Shown one piece after another: positions 24,017 to 33,049 of a stretch of DNA of 64,000 nucleotides (position 1 is its first letter; each line of letters starts with the position of its first letter). The notes beneath the pieces were generated by a model. The model was not told where the DNA came from and did not search any database. It worked only from the letters and a program-made list of their open reading frames with translations. The position numbers and the translations under genes are program-made. Origin of the DNA: Candidatus Methylomirabilota bacterium. Lineage in GTDB: Bacteria > Methylomirabilota > Methylomirabilia > Rokubacteriales > CSP1-6. Location: NCBI GenBank assembly GCA_035605575.1, contig DASTCJ010000012.1, positions 1,075-65,074 on the forward strand, written 5' to 3'.

Positions 24017-24120
24017 CGCCCCGCGGTGGCGTCGTTATACTGCACCAAATCTAGTGGCTGGGTGGGTGGGCGATCCCTATATTTAGCATTGACCGGCGGT
24101 CCTGAGGGAGGAGCGAATCG

Positions 24121-25281
24121 ATGGGTATGTGGGTAGGGCGAGGCAGGAAGGCAAGGGCCGCGTACGGCTTCGATGACATCGCGCTCGTGCCTGGCGCCCT
24201 GACCGTCAACCCCAACGAGGTCGACATCTCGTGGGAGCTCTGCGGCCACCGCTACTCGCTGCCGATCATCGCCGCGGCCATGGACGGTGTGGTCGGCCCG
24301 CGGCTGGCGATCGAGATGGGCAAGCACGGTGGCCTGGCCGTCCTGAACCTGGAAGGCATCTTCTCCCGCTACCGCAATCCCGAGGATGTTCTCGAGCGAA
24401 TCGTCTCCGCCAGCCAGGACGAGGCGACGAAGATCATCCAGTCGATCTACAGCGAGCCGATCAAGGAAGAGCTCATCCACCAGCGCATTCGCGAGATCAA
24501 GAAGGGCGGCGGCCCCGCCGTCGTCTCCTCGATCCCGCAACGCGCCGAGCGCTTCGGTCAGATCGCGCAGGAAGCCGGCGCCGACATCTTCGTCGTGCAG
24601 TCGACCGTCACCACGGCTCGCCACATCGCCACCGAGTACACGCCGGTCGATCTCCGCAAGCTCAAGAAGCAGCTCGCCATCCCGCTCGTCATCGGCAACG
24701 TCGTCACGTACGAGGCGTGCCTCGAGCTGATGGAGGTTGGCGCCGACGCGCTCCTGATCGGCGTCGGGCCCGGCGCGGCGTGCACGAGCCGTGAAGTCCT
24801 CGGCCTGGGCGTGCCGCAGGTGACGGCCACCGCCGACGCTGCGGCGGCCCGCGACTTCCACTACAAGAAGACTGGCCGCTACATCCCGATCATCACCGAC
24901 GGCGGCATGACGACTGGCGGTGACGTGTGCAAGGCGCTCGCGTCGGGCGCCGATGCCGTCATGATCGGCTCGGCCTTCGCGCGCGCCAACGAAGCGCCCG
25001 GCAAGGGCTATCACTGGGGCATGGCGACACCGCACGCGAACCTGCCGCGCGGCACGCGGATTCGCGTGGGCATCGCCGGCTCGCTCGAGCAGATTCTCTT
25101 CGGACCCGCGTTCACCGAAGACGGCACGCTGAACCTTGTGGGCGCCATCCGCACCTGCATGGGCTCGGTGGGGGCGCAGTCGATCCGCGAGCTGCAGCAG
25201 ACCGAGCTGATCATCGCGCCGACGATCAAGACGGAGGGCAAGGTCTTCCAGCAGGCCCAGAAGCTGGGGCGGCCGCGGTAA
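24121..25281 (+). CDS. IMP dehydrogenase/GMP reductase family protein lacking the CBS subdomain (GuaB-like)
   Basis: TIM-barrel IMPDH motifs ([22 protein letters not shown]) with no CBS pair; 386 aa; adjacent to guaA. Confidence 0.75.
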   Translation: MGMWVGRGRKARAAYGFDDIALVPGALTVNPNEVDISWELCGHRYSLPIIAAAMDGVVGPRLAIEMGKHGGLAVLNLEGIFSRYRNPEDVLERIVSASQDEATKIIQSIYSEPIKEELIHQRIREIKKGGGPAVVSSIPQRAERFGQIAQEAGADIFVVQSTVTTARHIATEYTPVDLRKLKKQLAIPLVIGNVVTYEACLELMEVGADALLIGVGPGAACTSREVLGLGVPQVTATADAAAARDFHYKKTGRYIPIITDGGMTTGGDVCKALASGADAVMIGSAFARANEAPGKGYHWGMATPHANLPRGTRIRVGIAGSLEQILFGPAFTEDGTLNLVGAIRTCMGSVGAQSIRELQQTELIIAPTIKTEGKVFQQAQKLGRPR

Positions 25282-25294
25282 AGGCCGCGGCGCC

Positions 25295-27079
25295 GTGAGC
25301 CAGATCGTCGTCCTCAACGCCGGTGGGCAGTATTGCCACCTCATCGCACGCCGAATCCGTGAGCTCGGCGTCCACGCCACCGTGGCCGACATCGACACGC
25401 CTGTGGCCAGCCTCGCCGGAGCGCGCGGCATCATCATCTCCGGCGGCCCCGCCAGCGTCGTGGAGCCGACGAGCCCGTCGGTCGATGCGGCGATCTATCG
25501 GCTCGGGGTGCCGATCCTCGGTATCTGCTATGGCCATCAGCTGCTGGCCCGCGATCTCCAGGGTCGGGTCGAGCCGGGGGTCACGAAAGAATACGGTCAC
25601 AGCGCCCTCCATGCCGGCGATTGCCTTTTGTTTCAAGGCATCCCGGCTCGAGAGCTCAGAGTGTGGATGAGCCACGGCGACACGGTGGTCGACATCCCGC
25701 CCGGCTTTTCGATCGTCGGCGAGACCGACGACTGCAAGATCGCCGCGATGGAGGATCGGACGCGACGGCTCTTCGGGCTACAGTTCCATCCCGAGGTCGT
25801 GCACACCGACCATGGCCTCGACATCCTCCGCAACTTCGTGAGCGACGTATGCCGTTGCGCCGCTGACTGGGATCCGCGCGCGCGGCTGGCGCAGGTGATG
25901 GCGGCGATCCGGAGCCGCGCCGGCGAGCGCAGCGTGCTCTTCCTGATCAGCGGCGGCGTCGACTCGACGGTAGCGTTCTATCTCTGCGCGAAGGCGCTCG
26001 GACCGGAGCGCGTGCTCGGTCTCTACGTCGACACCGGGTTCATGCGCGAGAGCGACGACGACGCGATGCATTATCTCGAGGCGACCGTCGGGCGCGACGC
26101 CGTGCGGGTGGCCGACCGGAGCGCTGACTTCTTCGCCGCGCTGCAGGGTGTGACGAACCCGGAGCGCAAGCGCGCCATCATCGGCGATGCATTCGTCGAC
26201 GTGCAGGAGGACGAGTTCGCCCGGCTCGGTCTGCGCGACCGCGACTGGGTGCTCGGGCAGGGGACGATCTATCCCGACACCATCGAGTCAGGCGGCGCCC
26301 GCCATGCGGCGAAGATCAAGACGCACCACAACCGGGCGCCGCGCATCCAGGCGCTGCTCGACGCCGGCCGCGTGATCGAGCCGCTGGTGGAGTTCTACAA
26401 GGACGAGGTCCGCGTGCTGGGCGAGGAGCTCGGCCTCCCGCACGAGGTGGTGTGGCGTCATCCGTTTCCGGGGCCGGGGCTCGCCGTGCGCTGCGTGTGC
26501 GCGGAGGCGAGCGCGCGGGTCGAGCGCGCGGCGGTGAGCCTGCCGCGTGACGTCGCCGGCTTCGTCGTTCCCGTGCGAACGGTCGGCGTGCAAGGCGACG
26601 AGCGCAGCTATTCCAATCTCCTCGCGCTCGAGGGGGCGGGCGGCGTCGACGCCGCGGGCGCGCTGGCCCGCCGGGTGACGAACGAGCAGCGCAGCATCAA
26701 CCGCGTCGTCGACGTGGTGTATCGCCGCGACGACCGGCCGTTCGACGCGCTGGCCATCCAGCCCGCGATGCTGACACGCGAGCGCGTAGCTCTGCTGCGC
26801 GAGGCGGACGCGCGCGTGACCAGGGTCGTGCGTGCGCACGGCGTCTACGACAGCATCTGGCAATTCCCGGTCGGCATGCTGCCGCTCGGCGCCGCGCCCG
26901 GTCGAGAAACGATCGTGCTGCGGCCGGTGAACTCGCGGGATGGCATGACCGCGGAATACGCGCGCCTCCCCGACGCCGTGGTGCGCGATATCGTGCAGTC
27001 TGTGACGACGCTCGCCCGCGTCGACGCCGTGATCTACGACGTGACGAACAAGCCACCGGCGACCATCGAGCTCGAGTAG
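25295..27079 (+). CDS. guaA: GMP synthase (glutamine-hydrolysing), long form
   Basis: GATase-1 catalytic triad region (GICYGHQ), ATP-PPase P-loop SGGVDST and C-terminal dimerisation domain; 594 aa. Confidence 0.9.
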   Translation: MSQIVVLNAGGQYCHLIARRIRELGVHATVADIDTPVASLAGARGIIISGGPASVVEPTSPSVDAAIYRLGVPILGICYGHQLLARDLQGRVEPGVTKEYGHSALHAGDCLLFQGIPARELRVWMSHGDTVVDIPPGFSIVGETDDCKIAAMEDRTRRLFGLQFHPEVVHTDHGLDILRNFVSDVCRCAADWDPRARLAQVMAAIRSRAGERSVLFLISGGVDSTVAFYLCAKALGPERVLGLYVDTGFMRESDDDAMHYLEATVGRDAVRVADRSADFFAALQGVTNPERKRAIIGDAFVDVQEDEFARLGLRDRDWVLGQGTIYPDTIESGGARHAAKIKTHHNRAPRIQALLDAGRVIEPLVEFYKDEVRVLGEELGLPHEVVWRHPFPGPGLAVRCVCAEASARVERAAVSLPRDVAGFVVPVRTVGVQGDERSYSNLLALEGAGGVDAAGALARRVTNEQRSINRVVDVVYRRDDRPFDALAIQPAMLTRERVALLREADARVTRVVRAHGVYDSIWQFPVGMLPLGAAPGRETIVLRPVNSRDGMTAEYARLPDAVVRDIVQSVTTLARVDAVIYDVTNKPPATIELE

Positions 27080-27088
27080 CACGCGTCG

Positions 27089-30000
27089 ATGCAACACGCC
27101 GAGTTCGTCCATCTGCACGTTCACTCCGAGTACAGCCTGCTCGACGGCGCCGCGCAGCTCGAGAAGCTCGTCAAGAAGGCGAAGGATCTGAAGTTCGCGG
27201 CCATCGCCCTCACCGACCATGGCAACCTCTTCGGCGGCATCGAATTCTATCTCGCCGCCCAGAAGGCCGGTATCAAGCCCATCCTCGGCTGCGAACTCTA
27301 CGTGGCGCCCGGCAAGCGGACGGATCGCGCATCACAGGATGGTGGCTACGAGGGCGCGAATCACCTGACGGTGCTGGTGCGCGATGCCACGGGCTACCGC
27401 AATCTGATCAAGCTCGTCTCCAAGGCGTATCTGGAAGGCTTTTACTACAAGCCGCGCGTGGATCGCGAGCTGCTCGCTCAGCATGCCGGTGGACTCCTCG
27501 TGCTGTCCGGCTGTCTGAACTCGGAGGTGTCGCGCGCCCTGACGACGGGCGACTTCGACAAGGCGCGACAGACGGCGGGCTGGTATCAGGAGGTCTTCGG
27601 CCGCGACCACTATTTCATGGAAGTCCAGGCCCACGGCATGGACGAGCAGGTCAAGGTCACCGCGGAGACGGTGAAGATCGCGAGGGCGATCGGGGCGCCC
27701 ATCTGCGGCACGAACGATTCGCACTATCTCGAGGCCGGTCACGCGCGGGCCCACGAGGCCCTGCTGTGCATCCAGACGGGATCGACGCTGGCGGATCCCA
27801 CCCGCTGGAAGTTCTCGACCCAGGAGTTCTACGTGAAATCGGCGGAGGAGATGGCGCAGGTCTTCGCCGATCTGCCGGAGGCGTGCCGCAATACGCTGGC
27901 CGTGGCCGAGCGGTGCAACCTCACGCTCGACTTCGGACGCTTCCACCTGCCGAAGTACGTGGTGCCCGAGACGCACACGCTCGAGACGTACCTCAGCGAG
28001 CTGGCGCGCGACGGGCTGAAGCGACGCTATGGTCCGAGCCCGGGTGACGCCATCGAGAACCGGCTCGCCCACGAGCTCTCGGTCATCGAGAAGATGGGCT
28101 TCGCCGGCTACTTTCTCGTCGTGTGGGACTTCATCCACTACGCGCGGCAGCACGGCATCGCCGTCGGCCCCGGCCGTGGCTCGTCCGCCGGGTCTCTGGT
28201 CGCGTACTGTCTCGGCATCACGAACGTGGATCCGATTCGCTACGGGCTGCTGTTCGAGCGATTCTTGAACCCCGAGCGCATCTCGATGCCGGACATGGAT
28301 ATCGACTTCGCCGACGATCGCCGCGACGAGGTCATCCGCTACGTCGCTGACAAGTACGGCCGGGATCGGGTGGCGCACATCATCACGTTCGGCACCCTCG
28401 GCGCCAAGGCCGCCATCCGTGACGTCGGCCGCGTGCTCGGGATGAGCTATGCCGACGTCGACCGCATCGCCAAGCTCGTCCCGAACTTCCCGCTGAACAT
28501 CACGCTGGACGACGCCTATCAGAAGTCGCCCCCGCTGGCCGAGATGGTGAAGGGCCAGGACGGCGTGGCCGAGCTGTGGGACATCGCGCGCGCGCTCGAA
28601 GGCTGCACGCGCCACGCGTCGGTGCACGCCTCGGCCGTCGTCATCGCCGACGACCCGCTCGACGACTACATCCCCCTCTACAAGGATCCGAAGCGGCCCG
28701 AGCTCATCACCGGCTACGCCATGGGCCCCATCGAGAAGCTCGGCCTGCTGAAGATGGACTTCCTCGGCCTGCGCACGCTGACGGTGCTCGCGAACACGGC
28801 AACGCTCATCAAGGAGTCGCGCGGGATCGACATCGACTTCGACGCGTTGCCCCTCGACGATCCGAAGGCGTACGCGCTGCTCACGGAGGCCAGAACCTTC
28901 GGCGTCTTCCAGCTGGAGTCCTCGGGCATGCGCGAGGCGCTGCGCGGCCTCAAGCCCGAGCGTCTCGAGGACGTCATCGCCATGGTGTCGCTCTACCGGC
29001 CCGGCCCCATGGAGCTCATTCCGGACTTCATCAACAGAAAGCACGGCCGGGCCAAGGTCACCTACGAGCATTCCGCGATGGAGAGGTTCACGCGGGAGAC
29101 GTACGGGATCATGGTCTATCAAGAGCAGATCATGCAGATCGCCTCCGAGATGGCCGGGTTCACCATGGGCGAGGCCGACACGCTCCGCCGCGCCATGGGC
29201 AAGAAGGACCGCGATCTGATGGCCAAGCAGCGCGAGAAGTTCCTCGCCGGGTGCGCCGAGCGTGGCACGGCGAACGCCAAGGCCGAGCGGGTCTGGGAGC
29301 TGATGGAGAAGTTCGCCGGGTACGGTTTCAACAAGTGCCTGGCCGCCGACGCGTGGATCGAGATGGTCGACGGCTCGCGCAAGCCCATCACGGCCATCCG
29401 CGACGGCGATCTCGTGCTGACGAAGGACGGGCCGCACAGGGCGTGCCGCGTGCGGCCGAGCGGCGTACGGCAGGTGGGCCGGCTGACGCTCGAAAACGGC
29501 TGTGCGCTGCGCTGCACGCCCGACCACCCGATCTTCACCGAGCGCGGCTGGATCAATGCCGAGGACCTCAAGCCGGGCGACGCGGTGGCCGTCCTCGACG
29601 TGGCGACGGCCGCCTTCCGGCGCGTGGAAGCACGCCGCCGCGGTGAGCCGGCGGAGGTCAGCCAGACACCGATGGCGTGGATGACGCCCGTCTCGTTCGT
29701 GCTCGAGGGCGAGGAGCCCACCTACGATTTCGAGGTGCCCGGCGCCCACAGCTTTATCGCCAATGGCGTGGCCGTCCACAACTCGCACGCAGCGGCGTAC
29801 GCGCTGGTCGCATACCAGACCGCCTACTTCAAGGCGAACTACCCCGTCGAGTTCATGGCCGCGCTGCTCACGTCCGAAATGGGCGACACCGACAAGATCG
29901 TGAAGTACATCGACGAGTGTCGGGCGATGGGGCTGACCGTGTCGCCCCCCGACGTCAACGTGTCGGCCGTGCAGTTCAGCGTCGCCGGTGACACGATCCG

Positions 30001-31009
30001 TTTCGGGCTGGCTGCCATCAAGAACGTCGGTGAGGCGGCGATGGAGTCCATCCTGAAGACGCGGGCTGAGGAGGAAGCGTTCAAGACGCTCGACGACTTC
30101 TGCGTCCGCGTCGATCTCCGCCTCGTCAACCGGCGCGTCATCGAGAGCTTGATCAAGGCGGGCGCGTTCGACTCGCTCGGTCTCACGCGCGCACACCTTC
30201 TGGCGCAGACCGACGCCGCGCTCGAGGCGGGCCAGCGCGTGCAGCGCGATCGTGCGGAGGGACAGGCGTCCTTCTTCGACGATCTCCTGCCGAAGGCCCC
30301 CGTGCAGACGCGCGCGGAGACGATGACCCCCGTGCTCGAGGAGTGGCCCGAAGATCAGCGGCTGGCGTACGAGAAGGAAGTCCTCGGCTTCTACGTCTCC
30401 GGCCATCCGCTCGCGCAGTATGCCGGCCTCGTGGAGTCGCTCGGCGTGACGACCGCCGCCGATCTCGCCACCAGGGGCCACGGCGCGAAGGTCACGCTCG
30501 TCGGGCACGTGGCCGCGCTAAAGGAAACCGCGACCAAGAGCGGCAACCGGATGGCGTTCCTGACGCTGGAGGACATGACCGGCACGGTCGAGGTCACCGT
30601 GTTTCCCGAGCCGTTCAAGGCGGCGGCGCCGTTCCTGCGCGGGCGCGAGCCGATCATCGTACGCGGCCGCGTGGACGACGGCGACAAGGGCCGCGTCGTC
30701 CTCGCCGAGGACGCGCGACTGCTCGAGGACTCGCTCGGGACCACCACCGCTCGCGCGAAGACGGGCGGCGAGCCGAGCGCGTGTCGGATCCGCGTGCGCG
30801 GCAACGGCGAGACGAGCTCTCAGCTGGCGGCGCTGCGAAAGGTTTGCGAGGAGCATCCAGGCGGCGTGCCGGTGTTCGTGCACGTCCTGCTGCCGGGGCT
30901 CGAGGTGGTCGTGCGCTCGCGCGGTATCTCCGTGGACGGCGGCGCCGCACTCAACGAGAAAGTGAACGCGCTCCTCGGTCCAGCCGCTTTCACCATCGAC
31001 TATGCCTGA
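27089..31009 (+). CDS. dnaE: DNA polymerase III subunit alpha, containing a 149-aa mini-intein
   Basis: PHP domain (HLHVHSEYSLLDG) and polymerase core; 1306 aa, about 150 aa longer than usual because the conserved FAGYGFNK|SHAAAYALVAY motif is split by an insertion. Confidence 0.95.
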   Translation: MQHAEFVHLHVHSEYSLLDGAAQLEKLVKKAKDLKFAAIALTDHGNLFGGIEFYLAAQKAGIKPILGCELYVAPGKRTDRASQDGGYEGANHLTVLVRDATGYRNLIKLVSKAYLEGFYYKPRVDRELLAQHAGGLLVLSGCLNSEVSRALTTGDFDKARQTAGWYQEVFGRDHYFMEVQAHGMDEQVKVTAETVKIARAIGAPICGTNDSHYLEAGHARAHEALLCIQTGSTLADPTRWKFSTQEFYVKSAEEMAQVFADLPEACRNTLAVAERCNLTLDFGRFHLPKYVVPETHTLETYLSELARDGLKRRYGPSPGDAIENRLAHELSVIEKMGFAGYFLVVWDFIHYARQHGIAVGPGRGSSAGSLVAYCLGITNVDPIRYGLLFERFLNPERISMPDMDIDFADDRRDEVIRYVADKYGRDRVAHIITFGTLGAKAAIRDVGRVLGMSYADVDRIAKLVPNFPLNITLDDAYQKSPPLAEMVKGQDGVAELWDIARALEGCTRHASVHASAVVIADDPLDDYIPLYKDPKRPELITGYAMGPIEKLGLLKMDFLGLRTLTVLANTATLIKESRGIDIDFDALPLDDPKAYALLTEARTFGVFQLESSGMREALRGLKPERLEDVIAMVSLYRPGPMELIPDFINRKHGRAKVTYEHSAMERFTRETYGIMVYQEQIMQIASEMAGFTMGEADTLRRAMGKKDRDLMAKQREKFLAGCAERGTANAKAERVWELMEKFAGYGFNKCLAADAWIEMVDGSRKPITAIRDGDLVLTKDGPHRACRVRPSGVRQVGRLTLENGCALRCTPDHPIFTERGWINAEDLKPGDAVAVLDVATAAFRRVEARRRGEPAEVSQTPMAWMTPVSFVLEGEEPTYDFEVPGAHSFIANGVAVHNSHAAAYALVAYQTAYFKANYPVEFMAALLTSEMGDTDKIVKYIDECRAMGLTVSPPDVNVSAVQFSVAGDTIRFGLAAIKNVGEAAMESILKTRAEEEAFKTLDDFCVRVDLRLVNRRVIESLIKAGAFDSLGLTRAHLLAQTDAALEAGQRVQRDRAEGQASFFDDLLPKAPVQTRAETMTPVLEEWPEDQRLAYEKEVLGFYVSGHPLAQYAGLVESLGVTTAADLATRGHGAKVTLVGHVAALKETATKSGNRMAFLTLEDMTGTVEVTVFPEPFKAAAPFLRGREPIIVRGRVDDGDKGRVVLAEDARLLEDSLGTTTARAKTGGEPSACRIRVRGNGETSSQLAALRKVCEEHPGGVPVFVHVLLPGLEVVVRSRGISVDGGAALNEKVNALLGPAAFTIDYA
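29336..29782 (+). other. mini-intein inserted in DnaE (Cys1 ... His-Asn, +1 Ser)
   Basis: in-frame 149-aa insertion beginning CLAADAWIEMVDG (block A), containing TPDHP (block B TxxH) and ending VAVHN directly before SHAAAY; too short for a homing endonuclease domain. Confidence 0.8.
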
Positions 31010-31967
31010 CGCGCTCGAATTCGAGCAGCCGCTGCTGGAGCTCGAGCTGCGAATCGCGGCCCTGGTGGCCCTCGACGATCCCGCACGCGCCGACGAGATC
31101 GCAAAGCTCGAAGATCGTCTCCAGCGTCTGCGCCAGCGGACGTACGCCGGTCTCACCGCGTGGCAGCGCACGCAGCTCGCGCGCCATCCCAAGCGTCCGC
31201 ACACGCGCGACTGGTGCAAACTGCTGCTCGATGACTTCCTGGAGCTCCACGGCGATCGCGTCTATGGCGACGACGCCGCCATCGTGGGCGGGCTCGCGCG
31301 CTTCGAGAGCCAGTCGGTGGTCGTGATCGGCCACCAGAAGGGGCGCGACACGCGCGAGAAGATCGCGCGCAACTTCGGCATGCCGCACCCCGAGGGCTAT
31401 CGCAAGGCGCACCGCCTGATGGACCTCGCCGACAAGTTCGGCAAGCCCGTGATCACGTTCATCGACACGCCGGGCGCCTATCCAGGCCTCGGAGCCGAGG
31501 AGCGCGGGCAGGCGGAAGCGATCGCGCGCAACCTCAAGCGCATGGCCTCGCTGCCGGTCCCGATCATCGTCGTGGTGACCGGAGAGGGGGGCAGCGGCGG
31601 CGCGCTCGCCATCGGCATGGGAAATCGCGTGCTGATGCTCGAGTACGCCGTCTACTCGGTGATCTCGCCCGAGGGCTGCGCGGCCATCCTGTGGGGCGAC
31701 GCCGCGAAGGCGCCGGATGCCGCCGACGCCATGCGCACGACGGCGCCCGAGCTGCTGCAGCTGGGGATCATCGATGGCATCGTGCCGGAGCCGGTGGGCG
31801 GTGCGCACCGCGACTGGGAAGGCGCCGCCGCCGCTCTCCGCACGGCGCTCCGCGATCAGCTCGGGACACTGCGGCCGAAGTCGCGGGAGGAGCTGGTCGG
31901 CGAGCGCTACGAGAAGTTCCGCCGGATGGGTCGCTTCGAGGAAGCGACCGCGCCCGCGGCACGCTGA
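31002..31967 (+). CDS. accA: acetyl-CoA carboxylase carboxyltransferase subunit alpha
   Basis: GFGMPHPEGYRKA and GEGGSGGALA motifs; 321 aa; overlaps the dnaE 3' end (dnaE-accA is a classic gene pair). Confidence 0.95.
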   Translation: MPDALEFEQPLLELELRIAALVALDDPARADEIAKLEDRLQRLRQRTYAGLTAWQRTQLARHPKRPHTRDWCKLLLDDFLELHGDRVYGDDAAIVGGLARFESQSVVVIGHQKGRDTREKIARNFGMPHPEGYRKAHRLMDLADKFGKPVITFIDTPGAYPGLGAEERGQAEAIARNLKRMASLPVPIIVVVTGEGGSGGALAIGMGNRVLMLEYAVYSVISPEGCAAILWGDAAKAPDAADAMRTTAPELLQLGIIDGIVPEPVGGAHRDWEGAAAALRTALRDQLGTLRPKSREELVGERYEKFRRMGRFEEATAPAAR

Positions 31968-31970
31968 CGC

Positions 31971-32960
31971 TCAGCGCCGGAGGAGCCCGAGCGCAGCGTC
32001 CTCGTCGGTGACGAGGACGTTCATGAAGCGACCCGCCAGCGCACCGCGCAGCGCTTCGACCTTGCTCTTGCCGCCCGCGACGGCGATGACCGTCCGATCG
32101 TCGCGCCGCGAGAGCGCCTGCAGCTGGTCGCCCGCGACCGACAGCAGGCGACGCGAGAGCGCGGCGAGCTCGGGTCGCTCGACGATGCGCCCTTCGGCGT
32201 CGAAGGGCTGATAGTTGATCTCGCCCACCACGCCGAGCTGCCGCAGCCGCTTCACGCTGACGCCGTAGGACTCGGCCAGCGAGCAGAAGCCGGGCGTCTG
32301 CTCGGCGATCATCCCGACGCCCACGATGGCGATGTCGACATCCTGCGCCGCCTCGTAGATGGAGCGGATCTCCGGATCCCGCAGAAGCCGTCGGCGCTCG
32401 CGCTCGATCTGGCCGAGCGAGAGCAGGTGCTGGACGGGAAGGGCGTAGGCGCGCACGTGCGGCCGGTATTTCGCGGCCATCATCCCGACCAGCGTGTTCG
32501 AGAAGATGTCGACGAGCTTCAGCGTGCTCTCACCGGAGAGCGGATAGAGCGTGAGGTCGCGCAGCCGCCGCTCGCGAAGCGAGCGAATCGTGTGATAGAG
32601 CGTGAGGCCGCACGACAGCCCGATCTTCATGCCGTTCTCCGCCACCTTCTCGAAGTATGCGGCGGCGGCGGCGCCGAGCTCGGCGCGGAGATCGCCACGG
32701 CCGCCCGAGGCAACGACGACCGCCTCCCGCAATTCGAACGTCTGCACGAGCGCCGTCTCGAGATCCTCGGTGCGCGGGAGATCCAGCTCGACGCGCACGA
32801 GCCCCTCGTCCATCGCGCGCTTGAGCAGGCGTGACACGGTGGCCGCCGACACGCCGAGCGCTGTGGCGATGTCCTTCTGGCTGCGGCCCTGCCGGTAGTA
32901 GAGCTCCAGGCACTGGACCATCTGCCGGACTTCACGCGAGGGTTGCGAAATTAATTTCAT
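31971..32960 (-). CDS. SorC/DeoR-family sugar-phosphate-binding transcriptional regulator (CggR-like)
   Basis: N-terminal HTH (IATALGVSAATVSRLLKRA) plus a C-terminal SorC sugar-binding domain; start taken at MKLISQ (32960), giving 330 aa. Confidence 0.75.
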   Translation of the reverse strand: MKLISQPSREVRQMVQCLELYYRQGRSQKDIATALGVSAATVSRLLKRAMDEGLVRVELDLPRTEDLETALVQTFELREAVVVASGGRGDLRAELGAAAAAYFEKVAENGMKIGLSCGLTLYHTIRSLRERRLRDLTLYPLSGESTLKLVDIFSNTLVGMMAAKYRPHVRAYALPVQHLLSLGQIERERRRLLRDPEIRSIYEAAQDVDIAIVGVGMIAEQTPGFCSLAESYGVSVKRLRQLGVVGEINYQPFDAEGRIVERPELAALSRRLLSVAGDQLQALSRRDDRTVIAVAGGKSKVEALRGALAGRFMNVLVTDEDAALGLLRR

Positions 32961-33049
32961 GGCTCTCAAGTTCTTGCTTGACCGCCCAAGTCTACGCCGA
33001 TATCCTCCGAGCGTCAGGAAATTCCCATCACCGTCAATGGAGGGCAGCA

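Noticed and set aside
25295-27079. GuaA is about 70 aa longer than E. coli GuaA: possible intein or insertion?
   Set aside because: There is no Cys/Ser...HN junction and no intein blocks. The extra length is spread through the C-terminal dimerisation region, as in long-form eukaryotic-like GMP synthases.
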